NCBI GenBank assembly: GCA_963737065.1
Contig: CAVTRC010000001.1
Span: forward strand, 192,001-256,000
Source: Candidatus Eremiobacteria bacterium
GTDB lineage: Bacteria > Vulcanimicrobiota > Vulcanimicrobiia > Vulcanimicrobiales > Vulcanimicrobiaceae
Direction: 5' to 3'
DNA length: 64,000 nucleotides
Within the stretch, counting starts at the first letter, position 1. The number at the start of each line of letters is the position of its first letter. This document shows, piece by piece, positions 10,024 through 21,401 of the stretch. A program made the translations under genes and the position numbers. Below the pieces are notes generated by a model, which saw only the letters and a program-made list of their open reading frames with translations, had not been told where the DNA came from and did not search any database.

Positions 10024-11163
10024 CTATAGCACTCCTTTGCCCGACACGATGCGAGCGATGTCGTGGAACGCAACCAGGACCATCAAAGCCATCAACGCCG
10101 CAAAGCCCGCGATGTGAACGAGTGCCTCTTTTTCCGGATCGACCGGTTTTCCGCGCACGAGTTCTGCGATGATGAACACGCCGCGACCGCCGTCAAGCGC
10201 CGGAAACGGCAACAGATTGAAGAGACCGAGCGCGAACGAAATTGTCGCGGCGAGCGCGAAATATGGGCCCCAGCCGAAATCTTGAATGACGCCGGCCGCT
10301 TGCCCCATACCGACCGGTCCGGAAACTTGCCCGGCGTACTTCGTGAAGTGCGTAACGAGCAACCCGAGCTGTCCCACCATTTGATCGGTAACGTTGGCGT
10401 ACTCGATAGCGCTATATCGAATCGATTGCGCAAAGCCGACGCGTTCGAAAGCCGGTTCCGGGACGAATCCGATACAGCCTTGTTTTGCGTTTCCCGGACA
10501 CGCCGCGGGTACGACGTCAATCGTCGTCTGGGCGCCGTTGCGCGTGTACGTCACGCTCATCGGCTTGCCGAGCGATCCGTGAATCGTATCGATCAATCTC
10601 GACGCATTTGTAACCTTGGCGCCGCTGATGTCAACGGAGAGGATCCGGTCTCCGGGCTGTAATCCCGCCCTCGCGGCAGGCGTATTCGGAACGACCTCCG
10701 TTACGACGGCGCGGTCGATGCGATCGCTCGGCACGCCGAACGCAAGCGCGCCGACGAGCAGGATGATATAGGCGAGAATGAAGTTCGCGACGGGACCCGC
10801 CACAATAATTGCGAGACGCCGCCACGCCGACTTCGATTGAAAGTTCCCGCCGGGGTCGACCGGGCGCTCGCGGTAATCGCGCTGCTGCTCGGCCTCACTT
10901 GTCTTATTGTCCTCGCCCTCCATCGAACAGAACCCGCCGATGGGCAGCGCGCGTAGCGAGTAGAGCGTCCCGCTGCGCGGACTTCGCCAACCGGCAAGTT
11001 TGGGACCCATGCCGACGGCAAACTCGTTCACCTTGACGCGGTTGCGGCGGGCGACGATGAAGTGCCCGAGCTCGTGGAGGACCACGAGGATCGAGAGCAT
11101 CACGAGGAACGTGATGATTTTGTCGATCGACGCAACACTGACCATGGCTAAGACACTGAACAC
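10024..11163 (-). CDS. rseP: RIP metalloprotease (M50) with PDZ domain
   Basis: HELGH, AGPVAN, PDZ (GLQPGDRI), NLLPFPALDGG. Start may be ATG 11145. Confidence 0.95.
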   Translation of the reverse strand: MFSVLAMVSVASIDKIITFLVMLSILVVLHELGHFIVARRNRVKVNEFAVGMGPKLAGWRSPRSGTLYSLRALPIGGFCSMEGEDNKTSEAEQQRDYRERPVDPGGNFQSKSAWRRLAIIVAGPVANFILAYIILLVGALAFGVPSDRIDRAVVTEVVPNTPAARAGLQPGDRILSVDISGAKVTNASRLIDTIHGSLGKPMSVTYTRNGAQTTIDVVPAACPGNAKQGCIGFVPEPAFERVGFAQSIRYSAIEYANVTDQMVGQLGLLVTHFTKYAGQVSGPVGMGQAAGVIQDFGWGPYFALAATISFALGLFNLLPFPALDGGRGVFIIAELVRGKPVDPEKEALVHIAGFAALMALMVLVAFHDIARIVSGKGVL

Positions 11164-12368
11164 TTCGTCTTGATTTCCTCGATATATCGGCCGGCTCGGA
11201 CACGCGCGTCCCGGTCTGCTTTCCTAATACCGTCGAGCGTCGCCGGCCGTTGCGCGACAGCGTCTACGGTCGATTCGACGACTTCGGCGATCCGCGTGAA
11301 TCCGATTTGCCCTTCGACGAACGCCGCCACAGCGACTTCGTTCGCGGCGGAGAGGACGGCGGGCGCGACACCGCCACGCTCGAGCGCCTCGTAAGCAAGC
11401 TGGACGCACGGGAACCGTTCGGGATCCGGCCGCTCGAAGTCATAACGTAGCGGCCCGTTCTCAGATTTCGCTCCAAGCATGATAAGGGGATCCGGGGCCC
11501 CCGGGGAGCCCGCGGGCGAAGGCGAGGTGCCTTTTACACGTTTGGGAGCCGCCAGCACTGGCAGCCGATTGGGGAACGCAAGTGCGTATCCAATCGGAAC
11601 CCGCATGTCGGGGGCGCAGAGTTGGCCCTTCACGCTGCCGTCGGTAAAGACGACGAAGCCGTGGGCGATGGATTGCGGATGAACGGCGACCTGCAAACGC
11701 TCCGCCGGCGTCGAGAACAGACGGCTCGCTTCGATGATCTCGAGGCCCTTGTTCATCATCGTCGCGGAATCGATCGTATTCTTCTGCCCCATCCGCCACG
11801 TCGGATGCGCGAGCGCTTGCGACACCGTCGCGCGCTCGAGCTCATGCAACGAAAATCGCCAAAACGGCCCGCCCGACGCCGTCAGAATGATCGATCCGAC
11901 CGACGACGGATCTTCGCCGACCAGGCACTGGAAAATCGCGCTGTGTTCGCTATCCACGGGAACAATACGCGCGCCGCTTTCACGCGCGCTCGCCATCAGC
12001 AACTCACCGGCAGCAACGATCAACTCTTTGTTTGCAACCGCAACGTCAGTGCCGCGACGCACCGCTTCGAACACCGCATCAAACGCAACCGCACCGTCCG
12101 TCGCCGCGAGCAGGATATCCGGCTCACTCTCGACGGCGACGCGCATCAGTCCCTCAGGACCGTCCGCCGCGCTCGTTACGATAACCGGATGAAACCGCTC
12201 GGCCTGGCGGCTCAATAGTTCGATGTTGCGTCCCGCAGCAAGCGCAACAACGGCAAAGCGTTCCGGATACCGTGCGATTACGTCGAGCGCTTGCGTCCCG
12301 ATCGAACCGGTGCTCCCTAAGATCGCAACTCTCTTAGCCTGTCCTGAGCTTGTCGAAGGGCGTTTCAT
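11148..12368 (-). CDS. dxr: 1-deoxy-D-xylulose-5-phosphate reductoisomerase
   Basis: LGSTGSIG, ANKE, PVDSEHSAIFQ, TASGGPF, TIDSATMMNKGLE. Confidence 0.98.
   Translation of the reverse strand: MKRPSTSSGQAKRVAILGSTGSIGTQALDVIARYPERFAVVALAAGRNIELLSRQAERFHPVIVTSAADGPEGLMRVAVESEPDILLAATDGAVAFDAVFEAVRRGTDVAVANKELIVAAGELLMASARESGARIVPVDSEHSAIFQCLVGEDPSSVGSIILTASGGPFWRFSLHELERATVSQALAHPTWRMGQKNTIDSATMMNKGLEIIEASRLFSTPAERLQVAVHPQSIAHGFVVFTDGSVKGQLCAPDMRVPIGYALAFPNRLPVLAAPKRVKGTSPSPAGSPGAPDPLIMLGAKSENGPLRYDFERPDPERFPCVQLAYEALERGGVAPAVLSAANEVAVAAFVEGQIGFTRIAEVVESTVDAVAQRPATLDGIRKADRDARVRAGRYIEEIKTKCSVS
12336..12359. repeat. REP-like 24-mer, copy 2 (in dxr 5' end)
   Basis: agcctgtcctgagcttgtcgaagg. Confidence 0.8.
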
Positions 12369-13234
12369 ATCTGTACCTGCATCACGCCGAGCAAATGGAC
12401 GGTTCCGAAGAACGCCATGCCGCCGAAAAGATACGAATCGAAGCGGTCGAGTACGCCGCCGTGTCCTTGAATCATCGTGCCGGTGTCCTTCACGCCGGCA
12501 TCGCGTTTCAACGCGGATTCCGCAAGGTCACCGGCTTGCGCCGCGATGCACGTAACGAAGCCGACCGCGGCCGCCTGCCACCATCGCAGGTGCAACTCCG
12601 GTAGCCAGAATGCCGCGAGCGCCGCCACCGCGGTAACGATGATGAGCGCGCCAAGCGAACCTTCGACGGTTTTACGCGGCGAGATTTTCGTGAGCTGATG
12701 ACGCCCGACCATCGTGCCGATCAGCATCCCGAATATGTCGGTCAGTGCAATCAACACGATGACGTAAAGCGTCCAATAGAACCCGACACCCGGCACACTT
12801 CGAATAAAAACGAAATACGTTAGCAGCTTGCCGATGTACAGCACGGCAAGCAGCGTGTAAGCCGTGCGCGCAAAATAGCCTTGCTGTTCGCCGTACATAC
12901 CGATCGAAAAACTCGCGATCGTGACGCCGGCGAGTAAGACGCCTTCCCACGTGTGCAATCGTCCGATTGCGGCCAGAATAACATAGGCCGCAACGCCAAA
13001 TATCGCGACCGGATATTCCAACGGCTGCCCTTTCATCGCGCATAGTGCATTCAACTCGTAGAGCGAGGTCAGCGCGATGACGAGCACGAGCAGTGAAAAG
13101 AGCCACGGCACGAACACGGTCGCAAGGCCGACCGCCGCAACGATACATCCGACGACGACGCGGCGAATGGTGATCGGATGCGCCCGCGCTCCCGCGACGC
13201 CCGCGCTCACGATCGGCCGTACCACGATTGACAC
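12365..13234 (-). CDS. cdsA: Phosphatidate cytidylyltransferase
   Basis: ISPRKTVEG, GDLAESALKR, KDTG..IQGHGGVLDRFDS. Confidence 0.96.
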   Translation of the reverse strand: MSIVVRPIVSAGVAGARAHPITIRRVVVGCIVAAVGLATVFVPWLFSLLVLVIALTSLYELNALCAMKGQPLEYPVAIFGVAAYVILAAIGRLHTWEGVLLAGVTIASFSIGMYGEQQGYFARTAYTLLAVLYIGKLLTYFVFIRSVPGVGFYWTLYVIVLIALTDIFGMLIGTMVGRHQLTKISPRKTVEGSLGALIIVTAVAALAAFWLPELHLRWWQAAAVGFVTCIAAQAGDLAESALKRDAGVKDTGTMIQGHGGVLDRFDSYLFGGMAFFGTVHLLGVMQVQI

Positions 13235-13341
13235 GGGGCGAGCTTTCGCACGGCGTCGTAGAAATCTGCGCGCAAAGTAGGCCGGTGGACCTCGGTCATC
13301 AGGTTTTCAGTGTACGGTGCGGCGACTTCGACGACGATCAT
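13207..13341 (-). pseudogene. Possible decayed 3' remnant of undecaprenyl diphosphate synthase (uppS)
   Basis: 44-codon frame containing YTENLMTEVHRPTLRADFYDAVR, resembling the UppS C-terminal YxExxxTxVxWPDFxxxDF, at the usual uppS position. Confidence 0.5.
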
Positions 13342-13347
13342 GGCTTG

Positions 13348-13550
13348 TTACTGTCGTTTCTCGTACGATTCGTAACCGCAAACGAGGTGCACCATTCCAA
13401 CGTGCTCGGCCGCGCGAAGCACGCGCAAGCGGCCGACTCCCAACCACAACCCGACGGGAGCAAGGATGGAGATGCGGATCGAGCGGCCGGAGAGAGCCGC
13501 CCGAGCATCTATGTCGGTCATGAGCGTCAGGTCGCCGGGATGCGCCGACA

Positions 13551-13551
<1 letters not shown>
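13348..13551 (-). CDS. Small hypothetical protein (67 aa)
   Basis: TAATG overlap with the frr stop and a GGAGGT SD within the frr 3' end. Confidence 0.65.
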
Positions 13552-15443
<1,892 letters not shown>

Positions 15444-15460
15444 GGTTTTTCCTTATGTAG

Positions 15461-16243
15461 CTACAGCGATGCTTCGGCTTGCGCAAGGGTCATCGGGGCT
15501 TCTTCTTCGTACGTGTCGCTCGCTTCCGCATACGCGGTCTCGGACTCGTACGCACTCTCGCCTTCCGTCTTCCCGTTGATGATGGCGTCGGCAATCTTGC
15601 TGACCATCAGCTTGACGGCACGTATCGCGTCGTCGTTACCCGGGATCGGATAATTGATCTCGTCCGGATCGCAATTCGTATCGATCACCGCGATGATCGG
15701 AATGCCGAGTTTGCGCGCCTCGAGCACTGCGATGCGCTCTTTCTTCGGATCGACGATGAAGATTGCGTCGGGCAAGCGATGCATGTCTTTGATGCCGCCG
15801 AGGAAACGCTCGAGCTTGTTCATCTCATCTTGAAGCTTCGCGACTTCCTTTTTGGGAAGGCGGTCGAAGTCGCCTTGCATCTTCATGCCTTCGAGCTCGC
15901 GCAAACGCGCGATGCGTTTTTGAATCGTCGCGAAGTTCGTCAGCGTGCCGCCGAGCCAGCGCTGGTTGATGTAGAACGTACCGGCGCGTTCGGCTTCTTC
16001 GCGCACGACGTCCTGCGCTTGCTTCTTGGTGCCGACGAACAGGATGACTTTCTTCTCGCGCGCCATCTGCTTGACGGCCTCGTACGTTTCGCGCAGTTTC
16101 TGCACGGTGAGCGCGAGATCGATGATGTAGATGCCGTTGCGCTCCTGGAAGATGTACGGTTTCATCTTCGGGTTCCAGCGCCGGGTCTGATGACCGAAGT
16201 GCACGCCGGCCTCGAGGAGCTCACGCATGGAAATGACAGACAC
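15461..16243 (-). CDS. rpsB: 30S ribosomal protein S2
   Basis: [40 protein letters not shown] 16243 after GGGAG. Confidence 0.98.
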   Translation of the reverse strand: MSVISMRELLEAGVHFGHQTRRWNPKMKPYIFQERNGIYIIDLALTVQKLRETYEAVKQMAREKKVILFVGTKKQAQDVVREEAERAGTFYINQRWLGGTLTNFATIQKRIARLRELEGMKMQGDFDRLPKKEVAKLQDEMNKLERFLGGIKDMHRLPDAIFIVDPKKERIAVLEARKLGIPIIAVIDTNCDPDEINYPIPGNDDAIRAVKLMVSKIADAIINGKTEGESAYESETAYAEASDTYEEEAPMTLAQAEASL

Positions 16244-16391
16244 AGGGTTCTCCCTTCTGGCCCCGGGCCGCGTGCGTCGTGCGTGCGATCCGTGTCGTGG
16301 GACCATATGGGTTTCCGCGCGACGCGGAAGCCCTCGCCCAGCGTCCGTGCCGGAGCATAGTGAGATGCGCCCTCTCAAGGGCAGCCGGACG

Positions 16392-16400
16392 AGTATATCA
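16392..16400 (-). promoter_or_regulatory. Candidate extended -10 sigma70 promoter of rpsB
   Basis: Minus strand TGATATACT (TGn-TATACT) about 150 nt upstream of rpsB. Confidence 0.5.
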
Positions 16401-16478
16401 CGCAGCTCAAATATTGCGGAAGTGGGGATTCGGCGCAGCCGAGGGCCGCACGGCGAATCGTCGATGCGGGACACCGGA

Positions 16479-16506
16479 TTAAGGACGTGACCTCAACGAC
16501 CGAAGA
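16479..16506 (+). promoter_or_regulatory. sigma28-type promoter of the rfbB operon (probably leaderless)
   Basis: TTAA-N16-ACCGAAGA, 8 nt before the ATG, no SD. Confidence 0.62.
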
Positions 16507-16514
16507 CCTGTACG

Positions 16515-17519
16515 ATGCGCTGGCTAGTTACGGGCGGACTCGGCTTCATCGGGTCCAACTTCATTCGATTGGCCCTTCGCGAGCGTCCGGGCCTCGAGGT
16601 GATCAACCTCGACGCGGTGACGTATGCGGGGAATCCCGCAAATCTGCGCGACGTGGAGTTCGATCCACGCTACCGTTTCGTTCGCGGCGATATTTGCGAT
16701 CCGGCCGCAATCCAGTCGGCAATCGGAACCGGAGTGGACGCAATCGTAAACTTCGCGGCGGAGACCCACGTGGATCGATCGATTCTCGAGCCCGAAGCGT
16801 TCCTCCGCACCGATATTCTTGGCACGCACATGCTGCTCGAAGCGGTGCGTGAACGATCGATCCCACGCTACCTTCAGGTATCGACGGACGAAGTGTACGG
16901 CGATGTCACGGAGGGGAGTTCGGTCGAAACCGATGCGTTACGCCCGCGCAGTCCGTACTCAGCTAGTAAGGCCGGCGGCGACCTGCAAGTGCTCGCTTAC
17001 TGGGCGACATACAGAACGCCCGTTCTAGTCACGCGCGGCAGCAACACGTACGGACCGTATCAATATCCCGAGAAGCTGATCCCGCTCTTCGTGAGCAACT
17101 TGCTCGACGATCGGCCCGTCCCGCTCTATGGCGACGGAATGCAAATACGGGATTGGCTGCACGTGGAAGATCACGCGCGCGGGATTCTGCACGTGCTCGA
17201 GAACGGGGCGGCCGGGAACGCATACAACATTGGCGGCGGCAATCCGCGTACGAATGTTGAGATTACGGAGCTGCTCGTACGCGAATGCGGACGCCGGATG
17301 GAAACACATGTGCGGCATGTCACCGATCGGCCGGGCCACGATCGGCGCTATGCGATCGACACGTCGAAAGTGCGTGCGCTCGGTTGGATGCCTCGCGTGG
17401 CCTTCGACGAGGGTCTTGTTCGCACGATTGCTTGGTACCGCGAGAACGAAGACTGGTGGCGTCCCCTCAAGTCGGGCGAGTTCGTCGATTATTACAAACG
17501 ACAGTACGCCCACCGATAA
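16515..17519 (+). CDS. rfbB: dTDP-glucose 4,6-dehydratase
   Basis: GGLGFIGS, AAETHVDRS, STDEVYG, YSASK, RPGHDRRYAID. Confidence 0.97.
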   Translation: MRWLVTGGLGFIGSNFIRLALRERPGLEVINLDAVTYAGNPANLRDVEFDPRYRFVRGDICDPAAIQSAIGTGVDAIVNFAAETHVDRSILEPEAFLRTDILGTHMLLEAVRERSIPRYLQVSTDEVYGDVTEGSSVETDALRPRSPYSASKAGGDLQVLAYWATYRTPVLVTRGSNTYGPYQYPEKLIPLFVSNLLDDRPVPLYGDGMQIRDWLHVEDHARGILHVLENGAAGNAYNIGGGNPRTNVEITELLVRECGRRMETHVRHVTDRPGHDRRYAIDTSKVRALGWMPRVAFDEGLVRTIAWYRENEDWWRPLKSGEFVDYYKRQYAHR

Positions 17520-17530
17520 CTGAAGAGACT

Positions 17531-18280
17531 ATGAAAGGCGTCATTCTCGCCGGCGGCCTCGGTTCGCGCCTCCGCCCGCTCACGAAGGTGACCAATAAGC
17601 ACCTCTTACCGATCTACGACAAGCCGATGATCTACTACCCGATCGAAACGCTTGTACGCGCGGGCATCAAAGACATCATGATCGTTACCGGCGGTAATTC
17701 CGCGGGCGATTTTCTGCGTCTTCTGGGAAATGGCAAAGAGTTCGGTCTCAAAGACATCTACTACACGTATCAAGAAGGTGAAGGCGGCATCGCGGACGCC
17801 TTGAAGCTGTGCGAACATTTCGCTGAAGGACAACGTATCGCCGTTATTCTCGGCGATAATATCATCCAAGACGACATCGCGCCGTTCGTTCGAAAGTTCC
17901 AGGACCAGGACTCCGGCGCGCGCATTCTTCTCAAAGAGGTCGACGATCCCGAGCGCTTTGGCTGCCCGCAGCTCGATGGCGATCGAATCGTTCGAATCGA
18001 GGAAAAACCGGTTACGCCCAAGAGCCGCTACGCCGTAACGGGCATCTACATGTACGACCGGCGCGTATTCGACTTTTGTAAGCGCTTGCGGCCGTCCGCA
18101 CGCGGTGAACTCGAGATCACCGACGTCAACAACGCATACATCAGAGAAGGCGATCTTTTCTACGACGTGCTCGATGGCTGGTGGACTGACGCCGGTCAAT
18201 TTGAATCGCTGTATCGAGCAGCAGAACTCGTAGCAAAAGAGCGCCAAAGGCCGACACTCGTTGCAGCCTCTTCCCGATGA
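17531..18280 (+). CDS. rfbA: Glucose-1-phosphate thymidylyltransferase (short RmlA/SpsI type)
   Basis: GVILAGGLGSRL, KHLLPIYDKPMI, RGELEITD. Confidence 0.92.
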   Translation: MKGVILAGGLGSRLRPLTKVTNKHLLPIYDKPMIYYPIETLVRAGIKDIMIVTGGNSAGDFLRLLGNGKEFGLKDIYYTYQEGEGGIADALKLCEHFAEGQRIAVILGDNIIQDDIAPFVRKFQDQDSGARILLKEVDDPERFGCPQLDGDRIVRIEEKPVTPKSRYAVTGIYMYDRRVFDFCKRLRPSARGELEITDVNNAYIREGDLFYDVLDGWWTDAGQFESLYRAAELVAKERQRPTLVAASSR

Positions 18281-19400
18281 ACCGGCGGAGCAGCCGCTCT
18301 ATGTAACGCAGCCGTATCTGCCGCCCATACGCGAGTTTCTGCCGTACGTCGAACGCATCTGGGAATCGAAGTGGCTCACGAACGGCGGCCCGTTTCATGC
18401 GGAACTCGAAGCCCGCCTCTGCGAGCACCTCGACGTCGAGCACCTCTCGCTTTTTTCAAACGGTACGATCGCGCTGATCACGGCTCTTCAGGCGCTGCGC
18501 GTGACGGGCGAGGTCATTACGACGCCGTACAGCTTCGTCGCGACGACGCACGCGCTGCATTGGAACGCGATCACGCCGGTCTTTGTCGACATCGACAGCC
18601 GCACGTTGAATCTCGATCCGCTGAAGGTCGAGGCGGCAATTACGCCGCGCACGACCGCCATTATGCCCGTTCACGTGTACGGCGTTCCGTGCGACGTCGG
18701 CGCGCTCGAAACGATGGCGAACCGATACGGCCTTCGCGTGATCTACGACGCGGCTCATGCATTCGGCGTGCGCGCGTCGTCGCGCTCCATCGCTTCCGCG
18801 GGCGATCTTTCGGTCCTCAGCTTCCATGCGACGAAAGCATTCAACACGTTCGAAGGGGGTGCGATCGTCTGCAAAGATCGAGCGATGAAACAACGGATCG
18901 ATCTGCTGAAGAACTTTGGGTTCGAGGATGAAACGACGGTCGTCGCGCCGGGCATCAATGGAAAAATGAACGAGCTGCAAGCCGCGTTTGGGCTCGTTCA
19001 TCTGCGACATATGGGCGAAATCCTCGCGAAGCGCCGTGCCGTCTACGACCGCTATGCCGACGCGCTCGAGCGCGTTCCGGGAATCCGGTTCGGCGTCGCA
19101 CTCCCGGACGCGACTGACTGGAACTACTCGTATTGCCCGATCTTCGTTGAGCACAACTTTGCGATGAGCCGCGATGGCCTTTACGAACGTTTGAAGACGC
19201 GCGGCATCCACAGCCGGCGCTATTTCTATCCGCTCATCAGCCAATTTCCGCCCTATCGCGCGCTCGCGTCCGCGACGGCCGCGAACTTGCCCGTCGCGAC
19301 GCGAATTGCTCGGCAAGTTCTTTGTCTGCCGATCTTTCCCGACCTCGACGAGCGGCGCCAGAACGACGTCATTTCGGTCATCGTGGAAGCATCGCGATGA
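18261..19400 (+). CDS. DegT/DnrJ PLP aminotransferase, VioA-like (dTDP-4-amino-4,6-dideoxyglucose)
   Basis: WLTNGGP, NGTIAL, YDAAHAFG, SFHATKAFNTFEGG, GINGKMNE, RRYFYP. Confidence 0.88.
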   Translation: MQPLPDEPAEQPLYVTQPYLPPIREFLPYVERIWESKWLTNGGPFHAELEARLCEHLDVEHLSLFSNGTIALITALQALRVTGEVITTPYSFVATTHALHWNAITPVFVDIDSRTLNLDPLKVEAAITPRTTAIMPVHVYGVPCDVGALETMANRYGLRVIYDAAHAFGVRASSRSIASAGDLSVLSFHATKAFNTFEGGAIVCKDRAMKQRIDLLKNFGFEDETTVVAPGINGKMNELQAAFGLVHLRHMGEILAKRRAVYDRYADALERVPGIRFGVALPDATDWNYSYCPIFVEHNFAMSRDGLYERLKTRGIHSRRYFYPLISQFPPYRALASATAANLPVATRIARQVLCLPIFPDLDERRQNDVISVIVEASR

Positions 19401-20686
19401 ACGTTCTCGTTGTTCCGTCCGGCACCGAAATCGGTCTTGACATTTTTGATGCGCTCGTGCGCCGGCGTGATATCGCGCTCTTCGGAGCGGAATCGACGGA
19501 TAACAGCCATGCGCAGTTCGTGTATCGGTCGAATCATCGCGTCGCACACTTTGATGCTCCATCGTTTGTTTCGGACGTGAACGCTCTCGTCCAAGCGTAC
19601 GCGATCGATTACATCTTCCCGGCTCACGACGACGTACAGCTCGCGCTGATGGCCGCGCAATCAGCGATCCCCTGCGATATCCTCTCTTCGCCCTTGTCCA
19701 CGGTCAGCATCACACGATTCAAATCAGCAACATACGAGGCCCTCGAAGGCCGCGTGCCCGTTCCGCGAAGATACATGCCGGATGAGATTCCCGAGCGGTT
19801 TCCGGTGTTCATAAAGCCGGATCGCGGACAAGGCTCCCAAGGCGTGCTCCTGTGCCACAACGAGGCGGAACGGCGACGCGCGGCGTCGTCGATGCACGGC
19901 ACCGTCGTGTGCGAGTATCTGCCGGGGCGCGAGGTCACCGTCGACTGTTTCTCCGACCGAGAGCATGGGTTGTTGTACGCCGCCCCTCGCGAGCGCGTTC
20001 GCGTTCGCGCCGGCATCTCGGTGCGTTCGCAGGGGGTCGAGGTTATGCGCGCGCGAGAGTATGCCGAATCGATCGCGCGGCGTTTCCAATTTTATGGCGC
20101 GTGGTTCTTTCAGCTCAAGGAACGCGCCGCGGACGATTGGGTGCTGCTCGAAGTGGGCGCACGCATTCCGGGCGGCGCGACATTGGCGCGCGTGAATGGC
20201 GTCAACCTTCCCTTAATGACGATCTTCGAGCATCGGCGGCTGCCCGTCGATGTTTCGCCCACGGCTCACGCGACCGTAATGGATCGCTCGTTCGTGTCTC
20301 GCTTCCACCTCGATCTGGACTTTGACGATCTATTCGTGGATTTCGACGACACTCTGTGCATCCGAGGGGTGCCGAATTTTCAATTGATCGCCTTGCTTTT
20401 CGCGGCGAAACATTACGGGAAGCGCATCGTCCTGCTCTCGCGCAATGCGGGCGACGCCGTTCAATGGTTGCACGAACGGCATTTGATCGAGCTCTTCGAC
20501 GACCTTGTATTCATCGATCGCAGCGCCGTGAAAGCCGAGTACGTGAGGCGCGGCGGTCTGCTGATCGACGACAGTTTTGCCGACAGGCAGGCGTGCATCG
20601 ACGCCGGTATCCCGTGCTTCGATACGGACGCCGTACCCGCGGTACTCGAACATCTAGAAAGGAGCATGCATGTTTACGCCCGATAA
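19397..20686 (+). CDS. ATP-grasp protein fused to a C-terminal HAD-like domain
   Basis: FIKPDRGQGSQG, EYLPGREVTVDC, FFQLK, LLEVGAR, then DFDDTL ... IDDSFADR. Confidence 0.8.
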   Translation: MNVLVVPSGTEIGLDIFDALVRRRDIALFGAESTDNSHAQFVYRSNHRVAHFDAPSFVSDVNALVQAYAIDYIFPAHDDVQLALMAAQSAIPCDILSSPLSTVSITRFKSATYEALEGRVPVPRRYMPDEIPERFPVFIKPDRGQGSQGVLLCHNEAERRRAASSMHGTVVCEYLPGREVTVDCFSDREHGLLYAAPRERVRVRAGISVRSQGVEVMRAREYAESIARRFQFYGAWFFQLKERAADDWVLLEVGARIPGGATLARVNGVNLPLMTIFEHRRLPVDVSPTAHATVMDRSFVSRFHLDLDFDDLFVDFDDTLCIRGVPNFQLIALLFAAKHYGKRIVLLSRNAGDAVQWLHERHLIELFDDLVFIDRSAVKAEYVRRGGLLIDDSFADRQACIDAGIPCFDTDAVPAVLEHLERSMHVYAR

Positions 20687-21401
20687 ACTTGACTCGCTCG
20701 TCGAAACGTATGCGATCGATACGGTTTCCGAGCAATACAAACGCCTCGAGTTCATCGATAAGCTGACGGATCATGTCGCAGTCGCGGACGCCGGCGTCAT
20801 AGAACTCGGATCGGCGTCGGGGCGGCTTACACGGTTGCTCGCGCAACAATGCCGCCATGTAACGGCGGTTGATGGTTCGGCACGCTTCATTGCAATCGCT
20901 CGGGAACACGTCGCGCCGTTCGAGGTCGACTTCGTTCACTCGATGTTCGAGACGTTTGCGCCGGGGTCTCCGTGCGATCTCGTCGTGATGCATCATATCC
21001 TCGAACACGTCGACGATCCCATAACGCTCATGACACACGTGAAAGGGTTCATGAAGCGGGGTGGGCACCTTGCGCTAACCGTGCCGAACGCAAGGGCGCT
21101 CTCGCGTCAGCTGGCGGTCGAGATGGGATTGCTCGAATCGGTCTACGCGCTCACGGAAAACGACTACCATCATGGCCACCAGCGCGTGTACGACTGGGAT
21201 GCACTGCGTCATGATGTGCGCGCGGCCGGATTCGAAATCGTTGGCGAACACGGTCTTGCCTTTAAGCTTTTCGCCGACTTCCAAAACGAGAAAATTGCCG
21301 AGGCGGGCATTATCGGCGACCGCCAATTCCGTGGCTTGTGGCCGATCGGCGATCGCTACCGCGACGTCGCGGGCGCGATCATGATCGTGGCGCGCCGCTA
21401 G
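20670..21401 (+). CDS. Class I SAM-dependent methyltransferase
   Basis: VIELGSASG, HILEHVDDP, GGHLALTVPN. Confidence 0.88.
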   Translation: MFTPDKLDSLVETYAIDTVSEQYKRLEFIDKLTDHVAVADAGVIELGSASGRLTRLLAQQCRHVTAVDGSARFIAIAREHVAPFEVDFVHSMFETFAPGSPCDLVVMHHILEHVDDPITLMTHVKGFMKRGGHLALTVPNARALSRQLAVEMGLLESVYALTENDYHHGHQRVYDWDALRHDVRAAGFEIVGEHGLAFKLFADFQNEKIAEAGIIGDRQFRGLWPIGDRYRDVAGAIMIVARR

